Part shown: positions 18,922 through 28,949 of the stretch, in pieces
Layout of the letters: the number at the start of each line of letters is the position of its first letter
Numbering within the stretch: the first letter of the stretch is position 1
Source: a virus
DNA: 64,000 bases
Virus record (IMG/VR): IMGVR_UViG_3300032315_001186
Coordinates: 1-64,000 of that record
Reading direction: 5' to 3' (one strand)
Translations under genes and position numbers: made by a program
Notes under the pieces: generated by a model
The model's input: the letters and a program-made list of their open reading frames with translations, nothing else
The model's database searches: none
What the model was told of the DNA's origin: nothing

Positions 18922-20460
18922 ATGGCTCTACCTAAAAAAGTAATACCAAATATTAATTTAGTCCCTCCAAAAATTTTACTTGAGAGGAGAGAACAATTAT
19001 TACAGGATATTACAGAAGACGGAACATATCTTCCAAAGAATTTGGGTTATGCCGAAATGGATAGAGGATTTTTAGATTTTGTTAAAAATGAACTTAAAAC
19101 AGTTGTTGAGGGAAAAGTAATTCCAACAATTGACATTCTTATAACAACACAAAACTGGGCACAATTTACTCAAACTTGGTCTTTTCAAGATTTGAACGGC
19201 AACACCGAACCACCCTTTATTACGGTGGTGAGAGTTCCTGAAGTAAAATATGGTACAAATCCTGCGACTCTTTATAATATCCCAAACCAAAAAGAATTTT
19301 TCTATGCAGCTGTACCTACTTGGAATGGTAATGTAAAGGGGCTTGACATTTATAAAATACCACAACCAGTACCTGTTGATATCTCGTTTAGTGTAAAAAT
19401 TGTTTGTAATCGAATGAGAGAACTCAACGAGTTTAACAAAAATGTTCTTCAGACATTCGCATCACGTCAAGCGTACACTAAAGTTAATGGGCACTTTATC
19501 CCAATTGTAAACACAAACATAAGTGATGAATCTGTCACACAGGTTGATAAAAGAAGATTTTACATCCAAAATTATGATTTCACACTTTTGGGATTCCTAT
19601 TAGATCAAGATAAGTTCGAGGTAGCACCTGCGGTCTCTAGAGTTCTTAATGTTTTTGAGACCAATATGAAACCCATAAATCGTAAAAGAAAAAGATTCCC
19701 TGTGAATGAAGGTGTCTTTGATCTTACGATTCAAGCGGTAAGAAACTCCCCTGTTATTAGGACAATCAGTGTTGATTATACAGGTACTTTTACAATTTTA
19801 TCAACCCAAAATGTGAGTACCTATGATTTGTTTGTTAGGTTAAACACCAGTACAGAGTTTGACTATTATGGGACAAATGTTGTCAATTTTGAGGTGAATA
19901 CTGGTGACCAGTTACGATTTGAAATTACTCAAGAAAATGCCGACCCAACTTCTACCATAACATATGGGGTATCTTTTTTAGGTTCACCACAAAATTTAAC
20001 TTTCGATTTACCAACCCCGTCAATTACCCCAACAAACACAATAACCCCTTCTATTACACCAACGAGTAGTTTGACACCAACACCATCAATAACCCCAACA
20101 AAGTCAACAACACCAACGAATAGTTTGACACCAACACCTACTATCACTCCGACAAAAACTTCTAGTTTATGTCAATCTTTGGAATTAATTTGTAATAATT
20201 ATGAAATAACCAATACAACGTCTTCAGCACAACCACTTTTATTAGTATATTCAGCATGTACAAATCAACCGACAGTATCATCAATTACTTTGAGTTCTGG
20301 ACAAACCACTAACTTTTGTGCAGTAGCATACACAATAGCTTATTCTGGTGGTCATATAATTAATCAAACGGGAACTTGTGGAAAATTCTGTTCTTCATTT
20401 ACAAACATTTTCCTACATATACCAAATTTGACTCCAACACCTACTCCAAGTCTATCGTAA
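18922..20460 (+). CDS. Putative tail terminator/completion protein (gp15-like) with TP-rich C-terminal extension
   Basis: Just upstream of the sheath gene; PQPVPVDISFSV motif; TPS/TPT repeats in the C-terminal third. Confidence 0.55.
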   Translation: MALPKKVIPNINLVPPKILLERREQLLQDITEDGTYLPKNLGYAEMDRGFLDFVKNELKTVVEGKVIPTIDILITTQNWAQFTQTWSFQDLNGNTEPPFITVVRVPEVKYGTNPATLYNIPNQKEFFYAAVPTWNGNVKGLDIYKIPQPVPVDISFSVKIVCNRMRELNEFNKNVLQTFASRQAYTKVNGHFIPIVNTNISDESVTQVDKRRFYIQNYDFTLLGFLLDQDKFEVAPAVSRVLNVFETNMKPINRKRKRFPVNEGVFDLTIQAVRNSPVIRTISVDYTGTFTILSTQNVSTYDLFVRLNTSTEFDYYGTNVVNFEVNTGDQLRFEITQENADPTSTITYGVSFLGSPQNLTFDLPTPSITPTNTITPSITPTSSLTPTPSITPTKSTTPTNSLTPTPTITPTKTSSLCQSLELICNNYEITNTTSSAQPLLLVYSACTNQPTVSSITLSSGQTTNFCAVAYTIAYSGGHIINQTGTCGKFCSSFTNIFLHIPNLTPTPTPSLS

Positions 20461-20616
20461 TCAGTCCTCACCATAGATATCTTTTTTCTTAGTACAGTTT
20501 TGATCTATAAGTTTTTCTAAGAACTTATAGATTTTTATTCCGTTGTCATCACAATATTTTTTCAATTTATTGTGGGAATCCACCGAAATTTTAATGTTTT
20601 TGGTTGATTTTTTCAT
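20461..20616 (-). CDS. Small ribbon-helix-helix-like protein (51 aa)
   Basis: Hand translation MKKSTKNIKISVDSHNKLKKYCDDNGIKIYKFLEKLIDQNCTKKKDIYGED; reverse TATTTAT at 20651-20657. Confidence 0.65.
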   Translation of the reverse strand: MKKSTKNIKISVDSHNKLKKYCDDNGIKIYKFLEKLIDQNCTKKKDIYGED

Positions 20617-20737
20617 TAAGGATAAAAAAAGATAATTTTTTCCTCCTAATATAAATAAGTTTTTATAAAAAAAAATACTTTATCGATTAAGATAATATTT
20701 ATATCAATAAAACCTAAAAAAATAAAAAAATCATCAT

Positions 20738-23700
20738 ATGGCGACTACCAATAAAATATTCGTATCCCCTGGTGTTTACACATCGGAAAGGGATTTAAGT
20801 TTTGTAGCACAAAGTGTAGGTGTTACAACCCTAGGGTTGGTTGGCGAAACCTTAACAGGTCCCGCTTTCGAACCTATTTTCATAACTAATTACGACGAAT
20901 TTGAGGCGTTTTTCGGTGGGACTATTCCCGAAAAATTTGTCAACACTCAGATACCTAAGTATGAATTAGCTTATATCGCTAAATCTTATCTACAACAATC
21001 CAATCAGTTGTTTGTAACACGTGTTTTGGGTCTTTCAGGTTATGATGCGGGGCCAGGTTGGTCTTTATCAATTCAAGCAAATGTGGACGGAACCACTGTA
21101 GGTTTGAATGGTTCTTCTTCCAACTATACAATTAGTTTCGTTGCCACTACTGGTGGTACCGTCACTCTCACACCTGTAGGTACGACATTAGTTGGTACAA
21201 ACTTGAATAACCCTTTTACTCTTTTAAATGGAAATCAATCATCTTTCAATACTGAATTGAGTACTCAACTTACAGGTATTGTAAATGCTTCTGGTAATAC
21301 TAGTGGTACTTCAGTTTATTATTTTGGTACAATTACAGACGCGGCTTACAGTGCTTTGAGTTCTTATACAGGTGAAACCAATGTGTTTGGTATGTCTGGT
21401 CTTACTAACTCTACCGCAGAATACACTTCTCCAAACAATGATGCTTGGTATTACTCTAATTTTAACGAAAGTACCAATGGTAATTATACAGGATACTCTT
21501 TCTTTAGTGTGGTAACTTCATTAACAGATGCGGGTGGTGGAACTTATAATGGAACTATATCTGGTACTGTATTTAATTTTTCAGGTGTTTCGTATTTGGA
21601 TTATAACAATGTGGTAGTAGCTACTTTACGTTCAAGAGGTATTTCAAATTATGGTTCTGGTGGAACAGGTCCAAGATACCAAGTAACTGGACTTACAAGT
21701 GTTGTATTAAACACTACGGGGTCATACTCTGCTATTACAGAAAATCCATTCTCTCGTTTTGCTATTTCAGGTGTTACAGATGGCGCCGCTTCTCCTGAGA
21801 ATTTCTCTTTCGTTGTTTCCTTATCACAAACAGACCAAAACTACCTACCATCTGTGTTGGGTCGATCTAACTTTGGAAAAAGTAGAACTGAGGTTCCAAT
21901 AATGGTCGAGGAAGTTTACCCAACCTTATTAACGTATGGGTATAATAAAGGTTTTATCAGGGGTCTTAAAACTGACTTGATTGCCACCCCCGGTTTAAGG
22001 TATAATCCTACTACTGATTCTATTGCCAATTATTTGGAAAGATATAGGGCTGCTGAATCTCCTTGGGTTGTATCACAACTTCGTGGTAGTACCGTTGAAA
22101 GATTATTTAAAATTTTAACGATATCTGATGGTGATTCGGCCAACACTCAAATCAAAATTTCTATACAAAATATTTCATTTAATAATGTGTCCTTTGATTT
22201 AGGTGTTCGTGACTTTTTCGATACAGATACCAATCCAGTTTATTTGGAGAAGTTTACTAATTGTAATATGGACCCTTCATCGAATAATTACATCGGTGTT
22301 AAGATCGGTACTTCTGACGGAGAATATGCTTTGAATTCTAAATATATTATGTTAGAATTGGATTCGGATGCACCTATCGATTCATTACCTTGTGGTTTCG
22401 AAGGATATGTTATGAGGGAGTATCCCAATGCAATCCCTCCTTTCCCAATTTACAAAACCGCTTACTATTTCCCTGGTGAAGTTATTTACAACCCCCCATT
22501 TGGAACTACGACAGGACCTGTTTCTTCTCGTGGTATGTCAAATGCGGTTCAGAGTTCAGGAGACAGAGTAAGAACAACCTTCTTAGGTATCTCAAGTCAA
22601 ATTGGTTATGATGTTGATTTTTATCAGTATAAAGGAGCTCAGTATCCCGTAAGTATTTGTGATTCTGAAGTGGCTGAACCATGGGATTACATTACTCAAG
22701 GTTTCCATATGGACTCAGGGGCTACTGTTGTTCAAATTGCAGTAGGACCAACTTCGGGAACTCCTGCATTCCAGTGTGGTGATGCATCATTCCAATCGGA
22801 TCCCGAAACTTCGGAAAACCCTTACTATCAGATTCAAGCTCGTAAGTTTACGTTCTTAGTTCAGAAAGGTTTTGATGGTTGGGATGTTTATCGTGAATAT
22901 CGTACAAATGGAGATAGTTTTATACTCGGTGGTGCTGGATATCAGAGAGGTGCTTGTTCAACAACAAGATATCCGAATGCCACAGGGTGGGGAGCATTTA
23001 AACCTATTAGTGTTTCAAACTTCACAGATTACACTAATACTGACTACTATGCATATTTGTTGGGTATTAGTACATTCAATAACCCTGAATCCACAAACAT
23101 CAATGTGTTCGCAACCCCTGGTATTGACTATGTTAATAACTCAAATCTTGTAGAAGACGCAATTTCGATGATTACTTATCAGAGGGCTGACTCGATTTAT
23201 ATCGTCACCACACCTGATTGTAATGTGTTTTTACCAACTAGTAACGATAATTTCATTTATCCGACCGAAGCGGTTGATAACTTGGATAATACAGGTATCG
23301 ATTCTAACTATACGGCTACCTACTATCCTTGGATACTTGTAAGGGATACTGTAAATAACACTCAAATTTATATTCCACCAACCAACGAGGTTTGTAGAAA
23401 CTTAGCATTAACTGATAACATCGCATTCCCTTGGTTTGCAACTGCGGGTTACACACGTGGTTTGGTCAATGCTATCAAAGCTCGTAAGAAGTTGACACAA
23501 GAAGATAGAGACACTTTGTATCAAGGTCGTATCAATCCTATCGCAACTTTCTCGGATGTTGGTACTGTTATTTGGGGTAATAAAACACTTCAAATATCCG
23601 ACACAGCATTGAACAGAATTAATGTGAGAAGATTGTTACTACAAGCTAGAAAACTTATTTCTGCTGTTGCAGTAAGATTGTTGTTCGAACAAAACGACGC

Positions 23701-23923
23701 TAAGGTTCGTCAGGATTTCTTGGATAGTGTTAATCCGATCTTGGATGCTATCAGAAGAGATAGAGGTCTTTATGACTTCAGAGTAACCGTAAGTAGCTCT
23801 CCTGAGGATTTGGATAGAAACACCCTTTCAGGAAAAATTTATTTAAAACCAACTAAGGCACTTGAATTTATTGATATTGAGTTCTTGATAACTCCAACTG
23901 GAGCATCATTTGAAAATATCTAA
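20738..23923 (+). CDS. Contractile tail sheath protein
   Basis: FVSPGVYTSERD N-terminus; PWFATAGYTRG, LYQGRINPI, WGNKTL, RINVRRLL, LEFIDIEF C-terminal sheath motifs. Confidence 0.95.
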   Translation: MATTNKIFVSPGVYTSERDLSFVAQSVGVTTLGLVGETLTGPAFEPIFITNYDEFEAFFGGTIPEKFVNTQIPKYELAYIAKSYLQQSNQLFVTRVLGLSGYDAGPGWSLSIQANVDGTTVGLNGSSSNYTISFVATTGGTVTLTPVGTTLVGTNLNNPFTLLNGNQSSFNTELSTQLTGIVNASGNTSGTSVYYFGTITDAAYSALSSYTGETNVFGMSGLTNSTAEYTSPNNDAWYYSNFNESTNGNYTGYSFFSVVTSLTDAGGGTYNGTISGTVFNFSGVSYLDYNNVVVATLRSRGISNYGSGGTGPRYQVTGLTSVVLNTTGSYSAITENPFSRFAISGVTDGAASPENFSFVVSLSQTDQNYLPSVLGRSNFGKSRTEVPIMVEEVYPTLLTYGYNKGFIRGLKTDLIATPGLRYNPTTDSIANYLERYRAAESPWVVSQLRGSTVERLFKILTISDGDSANTQIKISIQNISFNNVSFDLGVRDFFDTDTNPVYLEKFTNCNMDPSSNNYIGVKIGTSDGEYALNSKYIMLELDSDAPIDSLPCGFEGYVMREYPNAIPPFPIYKTAYYFPGEVIYNPPFGTTTGPVSSRGMSNAVQSSGDRVRTTFLGISSQIGYDVDFYQYKGAQYPVSICDSEVAEPWDYITQGFHMDSGATVVQIAVGPTSGTPAFQCGDASFQSDPETSENPYYQIQARKFTFLVQKGFDGWDVYREYRTNGDSFILGGAGYQRGACSTTRYPNATGWGAFKPISVSNFTDYTNTDYYAYLLGISTFNNPESTNINVFATPGIDYVNNSNLVEDAISMITYQRADSIYIVTTPDCNVFLPTSNDNFIYPTEAVDNLDNTGIDSNYTATYYPWILVRDTVNNTQIYIPPTNEVCRNLALTDNIAFPWFATAGYTRGLVNAIKARKKLTQEDRDTLYQGRINPIATFSDVGTVIWGNKTLQISDTALNRINVRRLLLQARKLISAVAVRLLFEQNDAKVRQDFLDSVNPILDAIRRDRGLYDFRVTVSSSPEDLDRNTLSGKIYLKPTKALEFIDIEFLITPTGASFENI

Positions 23924-23929
23924 TAGTTA

Positions 23930-24754
23930 ATGATTTCACACACCAAACAGGCTTTAATTTCGGAGGGTTTCGATGCTTTCGGAACCCCCGAATTAAAGTA
24001 TTATGCATTTGATTGGGATGATAACATAATGCATATGCCGACCAAGATTATGGTTCTTGATGATAAAGGATCTGAAGTTGGAATGTCCACCGAAGATTTT
24101 GCTAAGTATCGTGGAATTATAGGTAAGGAAAATTTCCCGTATGAGGGGACCACCATTGTGGACTATGCTCAAAACCCCTTTCGTAATTTTAGAACGGAAG
24201 GAGACAGACAATTTATCATTGATAGTATGAAGGGAAAACCTGGACCAGTATGGTCCGACTTTGTGGAGGCAATTAATAATGGTTCTATTTTTTCAATTAT
24301 TACGGCTAGAGGACATAACCCAAACACTATAAAGCAAGCCATATACAATATGATTGTGACTAATTACAATGGAATTAATAAAGATTTATTACTTAAAAAC
24401 CTAAAAAAATATAGAAAGGTATCAGGAAATAGAATCAACACAAGAGACTTGATAAATTATTATATGGATTTGAATAAGTATTATCCTGTGTCTTATGGAA
24501 GTGAGAATAGTGCAGCTAGTCCTGAAGAACTCAAAGTAAAAGCACTACAAGAATTTATTGATTATGTAAAAAGACATGCAAAAAAATTGAAGAAAAAACT
24601 TTATTTGAAAGACAATGTCAAAGGAACATTTACACCTACAATTGGATTTTCAGATGATGATATAAGAAACTTAGAAAAAATTAAACAAGAATTTATTAAA
24701 GAACCTATATTAAAGACATATTCAACCGCGAGCGGGAAAAAAACCAGATTCTAA
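23930..24754 (+). CDS. HAD-superfamily hydrolase-like protein
   Basis: YAFDWDDN (motif I), IITARGH (motif II), K, GFSDDD (motif IV). Confidence 0.65.
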   Translation: MISHTKQALISEGFDAFGTPELKYYAFDWDDNIMHMPTKIMVLDDKGSEVGMSTEDFAKYRGIIGKENFPYEGTTIVDYAQNPFRNFRTEGDRQFIIDSMKGKPGPVWSDFVEAINNGSIFSIITARGHNPNTIKQAIYNMIVTNYNGINKDLLLKNLKKYRKVSGNRINTRDLINYYMDLNKYYPVSYGSENSAASPEELKVKALQEFIDYVKRHAKKLKKKLYLKDNVKGTFTPTIGFSDDDIRNLEKIKQEFIKEPILKTYSTASGKKTRF

Positions 24755-24797
24755 TAGAGAATATCCGAAAAAAAAACAAAGTAAATAGATAAATTTT

Positions 24798-26441
24798 TCA
24801 ACGCTCAAATTTCTTCAAAAACACAATTGTACCACAATCAAAAATTCTTTCAATATTTCGAGAAACCATAATTTGTTTTTCGGTTAACTTAATATCAAAA
24901 CCTTCTTTTTTCAATTTTTCTTTTCTAAAATTCATTCTATGTACTCTTTTTTTTCCAATGATATACCAATAATTTGGTTTATTAATATTGGTCTGAGTAA
25001 ACCCTAGTTTACGATACAAATGCCCCTGACTCCAACGACGATCTGCATAACTAATTATTTGAGTTGGGTGATAGTTTTTTATGAAGTGATTAAGTAATTT
25101 GTCAGCCCCCCCTACAACTATCGTATCTGTTTTATTACAAAACCTACTTAATTCATATCCACTATGATGTGAACCGATACCTAGTCTTGGTTTTGTAAAG
25201 GTCATCAAAGATACTAATTCTTGATTATAGTATAAACCTAAATTAATTTTTGAATTTATTTTTCCTTGTAAATGGTGTGTGTCCAAAAAACTAGACGATG
25301 TTTGGGGGTCTACAATTTTAATAACACACTTTCTTGCAAACACTCTGTCCAAGGTAAGACCTAACAAATTTTTTAATTTGGACTTAATAATGTTTTTTTT
25401 GAATAACCATTCGTCTTCAAAGATGTGAATTAGTCGTATATTATTTTGTTCACAAATTTGGGTTTTATTCAAATGATAATTCTTTCCAACCTTATTTTCA
25501 GAATGCCAATACAGACCATTAAACTCAATTGCCAGATTATGTGAAGGTATAAAAATATCGATTTGATATGGAGGAATTATGGATAGCGATGATGTGATTG
25601 TCTGAACACCACAAGAAAGTAAAAATTGATTGATTTCTTTTTCTATGTTGGATACACTAGATGAACAGTTTGGACACCCATGCTTGGATAAATGATCGTA
25701 GGGGAGTTGATCGAATATCCCGTGTGTTGGACAAATTATTTTAATCTTTGTGTGTGAGTTATGATATTCCACAAGAGAATAATCATATTTGTCAGAATGA
25801 ATTTTTTCAGATCTTTCGATAAATTCAGATTCATTTAAACTAAACTTTTCTTTCTTTCGGTCAATTGAACATTTTTTACAACCTTGCCCGCACAAGTGTT
25901 TCGAAGGGGTTTGTTCAAAAACACCATGTTTTGGACACAAGATTTTTACATTTTTTGTAGATTTGATAAGATGCACCAATGAATAATCATAATAAGTTCC
26001 GTGTTTTTCAATTGCTTTATTAACAAAAGTTTCAGTGTTAGAACGGGGTTTACTCCTACTACAAGAAGGACAACCCTGACCAATCATATGTTGAGAAGGA
26101 AGTTTTTCAAAAATCCCATGAACAGGACATATAATTTTTACCTTGGTTTCTGAATTATCATAATTAGTTAATGAGTAGTCATATAGATCCCCAAACCTAT
26201 TTTTTACTTTGGTTAAAAACTCTTGGGTATTTGTAACCCTGTCTAAACAAAACTTACAACCATTTTTACCACGTAAATGTTCACTAGGTAATTGCATAAA
26301 ACTGTAATTGTGTAAATTACAAATTAATTTCACTTTAATAGTGGATTTTACATAATCAACAAATTCATAATTGAATTTATCAGAATATAATTTTTTTGAT
26401 TTTTCAATAAATTTTGATCTGTCGTAAAATATTTTAGGCAT
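24798..26441 (-). CDS. Free-standing homing endonuclease with DUF723-like zinc-ribbon repeats and a Vsr/PD-(D/E)xK-type domain
   Basis: Four YDYS..Y....K.KI.C..HG.F.Q.P..H..G.GC..C repeats; IDIFIP..LAIEFNGLYWH; IHIFEDEW; antisense to the tail genes. Confidence 0.85.
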   Translation of the reverse strand: MPKIFYDRSKFIEKSKKLYSDKFNYEFVDYVKSTIKVKLICNLHNYSFMQLPSEHLRGKNGCKFCLDRVTNTQEFLTKVKNRFGDLYDYSLTNYDNSETKVKIICPVHGIFEKLPSQHMIGQGCPSCSRSKPRSNTETFVNKAIEKHGTYYDYSLVHLIKSTKNVKILCPKHGVFEQTPSKHLCGQGCKKCSIDRKKEKFSLNESEFIERSEKIHSDKYDYSLVEYHNSHTKIKIICPTHGIFDQLPYDHLSKHGCPNCSSSVSNIEKEINQFLLSCGVQTITSSLSIIPPYQIDIFIPSHNLAIEFNGLYWHSENKVGKNYHLNKTQICEQNNIRLIHIFEDEWLFKKNIIKSKLKNLLGLTLDRVFARKCVIKIVDPQTSSSFLDTHHLQGKINSKINLGLYYNQELVSLMTFTKPRLGIGSHHSGYELSRFCNKTDTIVVGGADKLLNHFIKNYHPTQIISYADRRWSQGHLYRKLGFTQTNINKPNYWYIIGKKRVHRMNFRKEKLKKEGFDIKLTEKQIMVSRNIERIFDCGTIVFLKKFER

Positions 26442-26502
26442 GGATATATTTATTAAGTGTATTTAAAAAGTACGACTATAAATATAATCAAAAAAAAATA
26501 AA

Positions 26503-26991
26503 ATGGCAGATTTACTGATGAAAATGCCGGTTCCATACGAACCGAAAAGAGTAAATAGATTTATATTAAGATTTGACTCTACCCTTGGGATTAACGAATG
26601 GTTTGTTGAATCGACGGATAGACCTTCGATTGATATCACATCTGTGGCAATCCCTTTCCTAAACACAGAAACCTATGTAGCTGGTAGGTTTAAATGGAAC
26701 GCTATGAACGTAGTATTCAGAGACCCAATTGGACCTTCGGCAACACAAGCCCTTATGGAGTGGGTACGATTACATGCGGAATCTGTCACAGGTCGTATGG
26801 GATACGCCGCAGGATATAAAAAGAATGTGGATCTAGAAATGTTAGACCCAACGGGTGTAGTGGTTGAAAAATGGATATTGGACTCTTGTATGATTACGAA
26901 GTCAGCTTGGAATCAAGCACAATATGGTCAAGATGGTTTGGCAACATTGTCTGTCACTTTACAACCTGATCGTTGTATTCTTGTTTACTAA
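26503..26991 (+). CDS. Tail tube protein (gp19-like)
   Basis: YEPKRVNRF, YVAGRFKW, ALMEW, YKKN..LEMLDPTGVVVEKW; lies downstream of the sheath. Confidence 0.88.
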   Translation: MADLLMKMPVPYEPKRVNRFILRFDSTLGINEWFVESTDRPSIDITSVAIPFLNTETYVAGRFKWNAMNVVFRDPIGPSATQALMEWVRLHAESVTGRMGYAAGYKKNVDLEMLDPTGVVVEKWILDSCMITKSAWNQAQYGQDGLATLSVTLQPDRCILVY

Positions 26992-27008
26992 AAAAATCTA
27001 CAATACTT

Positions 27009-27044
27009 AAAAATCTCGTGTAGCAATATACGAGATTTTTTTTT
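27009..27044 (+). terminator. Rho-independent terminator after the tail tube gene
   Basis: aaaaatctcgtgta-GCAA-tatacgagattttt stem with GNRA loop followed by a T run. Confidence 0.8.
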
Positions 27045-27093
27045 GTATTTATTTTTCTTTGGTTGCGTCTTACATTAAAAAAAAAGAAATAAT

Positions 27094-27639
27094 ATGCCAT
27101 CATTACAAATTAAAGATTTAGAGGATATCATATCTATGTGTGATTCGAATATGTCGACATATAAGTATTTTATTGAGACTGGTACATATCACGGGGAGAC
27201 AACTCTTAGAATGGAGGGTTTCTTTGAAAGAATATTTACCATAGAACTTAGTACATATCTTTATCAACTTTTCACATCTAGGAATTACGATAAAAATAAA
27301 ATTACTGCTTTACTTGGTGATAGTGGAGAGGAACTTTCTAAAGTTATCCCACATCTAGACGGGGATGCTATTTTTTTCTTAGATGGTCACTATTCATCTG
27401 GTGAAACCGCACAGGGAGTTAAGGATTGTCCACTTTTAGAAGAACTTGAAGTAATTAACAGGAATCTCCAGCACGGTGCAATTGTTATCATCGACGATCT
27501 TAGACTTTTTGGAACCAAGATGAATGAGGATTGGACTTACATAACCAAGGAATCATTGTTAGAAAAGATTGAAAAAAGAGTGGAGAAATCATTTGATATC
27601 AACGACAGATTTGTCATTTTACTATCTAAAAAGAAATAA
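27094..27639 (+). CDS. SAM-dependent methyltransferase
   Basis: FIETGTYHG, TIEL, GDS, FFLDGH, IIDD. Confidence 0.75.
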   Translation: MPSLQIKDLEDIISMCDSNMSTYKYFIETGTYHGETTLRMEGFFERIFTIELSTYLYQLFTSRNYDKNKITALLGDSGEELSKVIPHLDGDAIFFLDGHYSSGETAQGVKDCPLLEELEVINRNLQHGAIVIIDDLRLFGTKMNEDWTYITKESLLEKIEKRVEKSFDINDRFVILLSKKK

Positions 27640-27641
27640 TT

Positions 27642-28004
27642 ATGATAGAGATTCCAAATCCGATAGAACCATTAATGGCGAACAGGTACGCGATAGAAGT
27701 CGTAGGAACCGAGATTCCTAGTTATTTGTTTAGAGAATTCAAAATTTTCAATGAGGGGGACGAACTTATTTTTACGACAGAATTTTATGAAACAGTCAAT
27801 TTTTGTTTTAACCCAAATGAGTTCTTCAAAATTACAGCAGTAAAAATATTATATCTAGATCCTATAGGTAGTGTTGTCAATGAATTATTGTTTGAAACAA
27901 AATCTATGAATTATGAAAAAACCGCATCATATGGTAGTGACGACCTACTGACTAATAAAATGAGGTTTGTAATTGGAAAAACACACAACTTCATTACTTT
28001 GTGA
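27642..28004 (+). CDS. Divergent tail-tube-like paralog
   Basis: P.EPLMANRY and LDPIGSVV match tail tube PYEPKRVNRF and LDPTGVVV. Confidence 0.55.
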   Translation: MIEIPNPIEPLMANRYAIEVVGTEIPSYLFREFKIFNEGDELIFTTEFYETVNFCFNPNEFFKITAVKILYLDPIGSVVNELLFETKSMNYEKTASYGSDDLLTNKMRFVIGKTHNFITL

Positions 28005-28038
28005 AAACAAAAATTAAAACAAAATTATATTTTAAGCC

Positions 28039-28788
28039 ATGGACGAAAATTTAAAAAAATACGGACAAGAAAATTTTTCATTACCACATGACGTTGTAAA
28101 ACTACCAAGTGGTGGTAAATTCTACCCAAATAAAAAAAAGTCGGTTAAAGTTGGATATCTAACAGCAAGTGATGAAAATTTATTAATGGCGAGTAATACA
28201 GATGACTTAATTATCAACCTATTAAGGTCAAAGGTGTACGAACCGGATTTGAGACCTGATGATATGATAAACGGAGATTTAGAAGCTATTCTAATTTTTC
28301 TCCGAAACACATCTTTTGGTCACGAATACAACCTTCAATCTGTAGACCCAACTACGGGGAAATCATTCTCAGTTGTAATACCTTTGGATGAACTAGAATT
28401 CAGAAAACCAAACGTAGAACCAGATGAAAACGGAACTTGGACTATTACATTACCCAAGTCACAATCTACTGTGACTCTTCGTCCTTTAATTTATAAAGAA
28501 ATAACCGATATAAACCGACAAGTTGAATCTTATCCCCAAGGTAGAGTAGCACCAAGAGTTACTTGGAGATTACACAAACAAATCTTGTCGGTAAATGGGG
28601 ACAACCAACCTCAAACAATTCACAAATTCGTGGACTCTATGCCGATAATGGATTCCAAATACATTAAAAACTTTTTGGAAGAAAACGAACCCAAAATAGA
28701 TTTAAAACGCACAGTTATAGCCCCGTCAGGAAACAAGGTAGATGTAGAAATCACCTTTGGGGCGGAGTTTTTTCGTGTTTTCTTCTGA
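28039..28788 (+). CDS. Baseplate hub / tail assembly chaperone (T4 gp26-like)
   Basis: V.LPSGGKFY, LTASDE, GDLEAILIFLR..SFG..Y and C-terminal EFF; lies before the tape measure gene. Confidence 0.7.
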   Translation: MDENLKKYGQENFSLPHDVVKLPSGGKFYPNKKKSVKVGYLTASDENLLMASNTDDLIINLLRSKVYEPDLRPDDMINGDLEAILIFLRNTSFGHEYNLQSVDPTTGKSFSVVIPLDELEFRKPNVEPDENGTWTITLPKSQSTVTLRPLIYKEITDINRQVESYPQGRVAPRVTWRLHKQILSVNGDNQPQTIHKFVDSMPIMDSKYIKNFLEENEPKIDLKRTVIAPSGNKVDVEITFGAEFFRVFF

Positions 28789-28921
28789 TTATAGAGGCTA
28801 TCAAATAGACGAGTTTTTTTTATTAAATCAGAGATTAAACGTTTCGTACTCTGATTATTTGAGTATGCCTATTTTTTGGAGAAGGAAATTATTAGAAAAA
28901 ATCAACAATCAATCTATCTAA
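28775..28921 (+). CDS. Short gp51-like chaperone ORF, probably reached by frameshift from the upstream gene
   Basis: Frame +1 relative to the upstream gene: VFSSDYRGYQIDEFFLLNQRLNVSYSDYLSMPIFWRRKLLEKINNQSI; no 5' ATG; T6 run at 28768-28773. Confidence 0.6.
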   Translation: MFSSDYRGYQIDEFFLLNQRLNVSYSDYLSMPIFWRRKLLEKINNQSI

Positions 28922-28949
28922 GAAATTGTTGTAGTGGCTATTTATTGAT

